Shown piece by piece: positions 62,181 through 64,000 of a stretch of DNA of 64,000 nt. The translations under genes and the position numbers were made by a program. Each line of letters begins with the position of its first letter. The first letter of the stretch is position 1. The notes under the pieces were generated by a model. The model was not told where the DNA came from and did no database searches. It saw only the letters and a program-made list of their open reading frames with translations. The stretch spans positions 135,604,210 to 135,668,209 of the forward strand of contig NC_068983.1 of NCBI RefSeq assembly GCF_001194135.2, read 5' to 3'. This stretch comes from Octopus bimaculoides. Taxonomy: Eukaryota.

Positions 62181-64000
62181 ATCAGCTTGTAGCAACAGAA
62201 AACCTCAGGAGAGAGAGAGAGCAAAATTACTTGGTAAATAATTTTCACTGCAGGGAACAGTTCAATATTCCAGACACTTGTCTCACAAGAATTTTAAAGA
62301 CAAAAATGTAGAATGAGACCAGATGTTTAAAACTCAATCCAGCATGGTGAATGGACAGTGGAAGTGTATACAGAATGGATTATTTTACAGTCAATTTTAC
62401 CAGAAACTGCCATCTGACCATGTCCCATACAACCAACTCATCTTCCCACATTGTACACTATGTAACTTCATCATCTACGGTCACCCTAAAATCTATTAAG
62501 CCAATACTCCTGATTGCCCAATTGTTTTGGTTGCTGACTTTCTAGTATATATTCATGATACCAACCATGCCCTCTGCCTCTTTCAAGTTCTGTCCACACT
62601 TCAATCCCTTTATACTCATCCCCAAGATGATGGCCTCCTAGCACTAAACTTTCAAGTTAAGCATCCCAACTATCCACCACTTTGCTGAATTCATCCTCAT
62701 GCTCACCTGTTTCTCTTTCCAAAGATTTCTATCTGCAAGCAGACCCATTGTGGACCTTCTGTCAACCATTTGTACTGTGAACAACAGCTAATTATCAATC
62801 CCAACTGGAATTAATAATCACAGTTTCCTTTAGGAAAACTGCCTCCCAAACATCGCTACACCCTACCACTATGTGCAAACTATTATACATTACCCAATTA
62901 TCATACATAACTTTCACAACTGTGACCAATAACCATGTTGCTGTTCTCAACATCATCCCCCACCCTATTCCCCAGAACCTATGTTACACACAAGCTGGTG
63001 ATAAACACTCCCTTACACCCACACATACATCTTGCTTATCATTCTGCATACTTCCATGCTATTCACTTTTCCTATTCCTCCACCATGCTGGATTTAGTTT
63101 AAGCAATATTTCTTTTATCTTTCTTTTCTTTTTCATGGTTCCTAACAAAGGACAAGTGTCCAAAATATTGAACCCCCAGTCCCTTCCTAATAGCATAACT
63201 GTGTACTTAATCTTCTTGTGCTTTTCTTTCTTTTTTGTTTTGTTCTAAAATTTATTTTGGATATACATTTCTTTTTCCACAAGGCAAGAGAGCTGCTACA
63301 CATTTGAATTATGTATGTAACACTTCCTACCAATAACCATTCAGCTATGAAAAGGGAGTGGCAGTTATTTTCCTCAAAGCCCAACCTCGTTCTCAAAAGT
63401 TGTAGTGTTCTCACCAAAAGAAAACTTAATACTGCATACATGATCAATCTACTTTTATTTTAGGGAAAGGAATAACTAAAATATTGTGATGTTCATGGCT
63501 TTTCCAAGAACATGTGTAACATACACGAAATTAGCTTCTACCAAAATTAAGTAAAATAAGGAAATTAATTAAAATAATTTTCTAATCTTTAAAACCCTGA
63601 GATAGGATAGAAGATATTTTATTATCTAATAGTACACCAGCAGAACCTCAACCACTGGCTGGAAACAATAAGTGGGTAAAAGACATGGATATGCATTTGA
63701 TTATTCTCTTATGCAAAATGACTTTTTTTTTTTTTTTACATGGTTTGATATTTTATTGTTTATACCAGAAATTTGTGATTTTAGAATTACTACATTGATT
63801 GAAAACCCCCAATTTGACTATTCAAAAAAATTTTTCCAACAAAAATTTCAGAACTAAATTGTATATGTTTTAATATTTTTTAAACAATTTTATGTCCCCT
63901 AATTCCAGATATACCAAATAAGCCAGTGAATAATAAATAAAATATGGATTAATTTCACAAACTCCCAAATAAACAGATTGAATAAGGTCTCAGTTACAAA

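Noticed and set aside
62600-62780. APE endonuclease remnant on the minus strand
   Set aside because: Only a vague LVLGG resemblance with no GDFN motif; too weak to call.

Overview
This is AT-rich, repeat-dense eukaryotic DNA with two N-gaps (14375-14907, 32054-32598). The SINE, RTE-LINE and MITE families match, from memory, those of coleoid cephalopods, most likely Octopus (inference, no database search). No intact protein-coding gene, rRNA, true tRNA gene or CRISPR array can be supported. Every recognisable protein motif belongs to a decayed transposon: RTE LINEs (RT and 3' ends), a mariner, a DD37D/maT element with both TIRs, a DD34E Tc1, two young piggyBac derivatives with TTAA TSDs, a Helitron Pif1 helicase with its 3' hairpin, a Helentron-like non-autonomous element, a Penelope-like RT and a Gypsy-like integrase. 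At least three tRNA-derived SINE families, TTAA MITEs, a fold-back element and microsatellites fill much of the rest. Several well-formed minus-strand splice-site pairs suggest the window lies in long introns of an unidentified minus-strand gene. One is a polypyrimidine-CAG|GTAAGT recursive-splice-type site near 38935. This host-gene idea is unproven. Motif translations were done by hand and repeat boundaries are approximate. I found no convincing wholly new system; the best leads are listed as findings.
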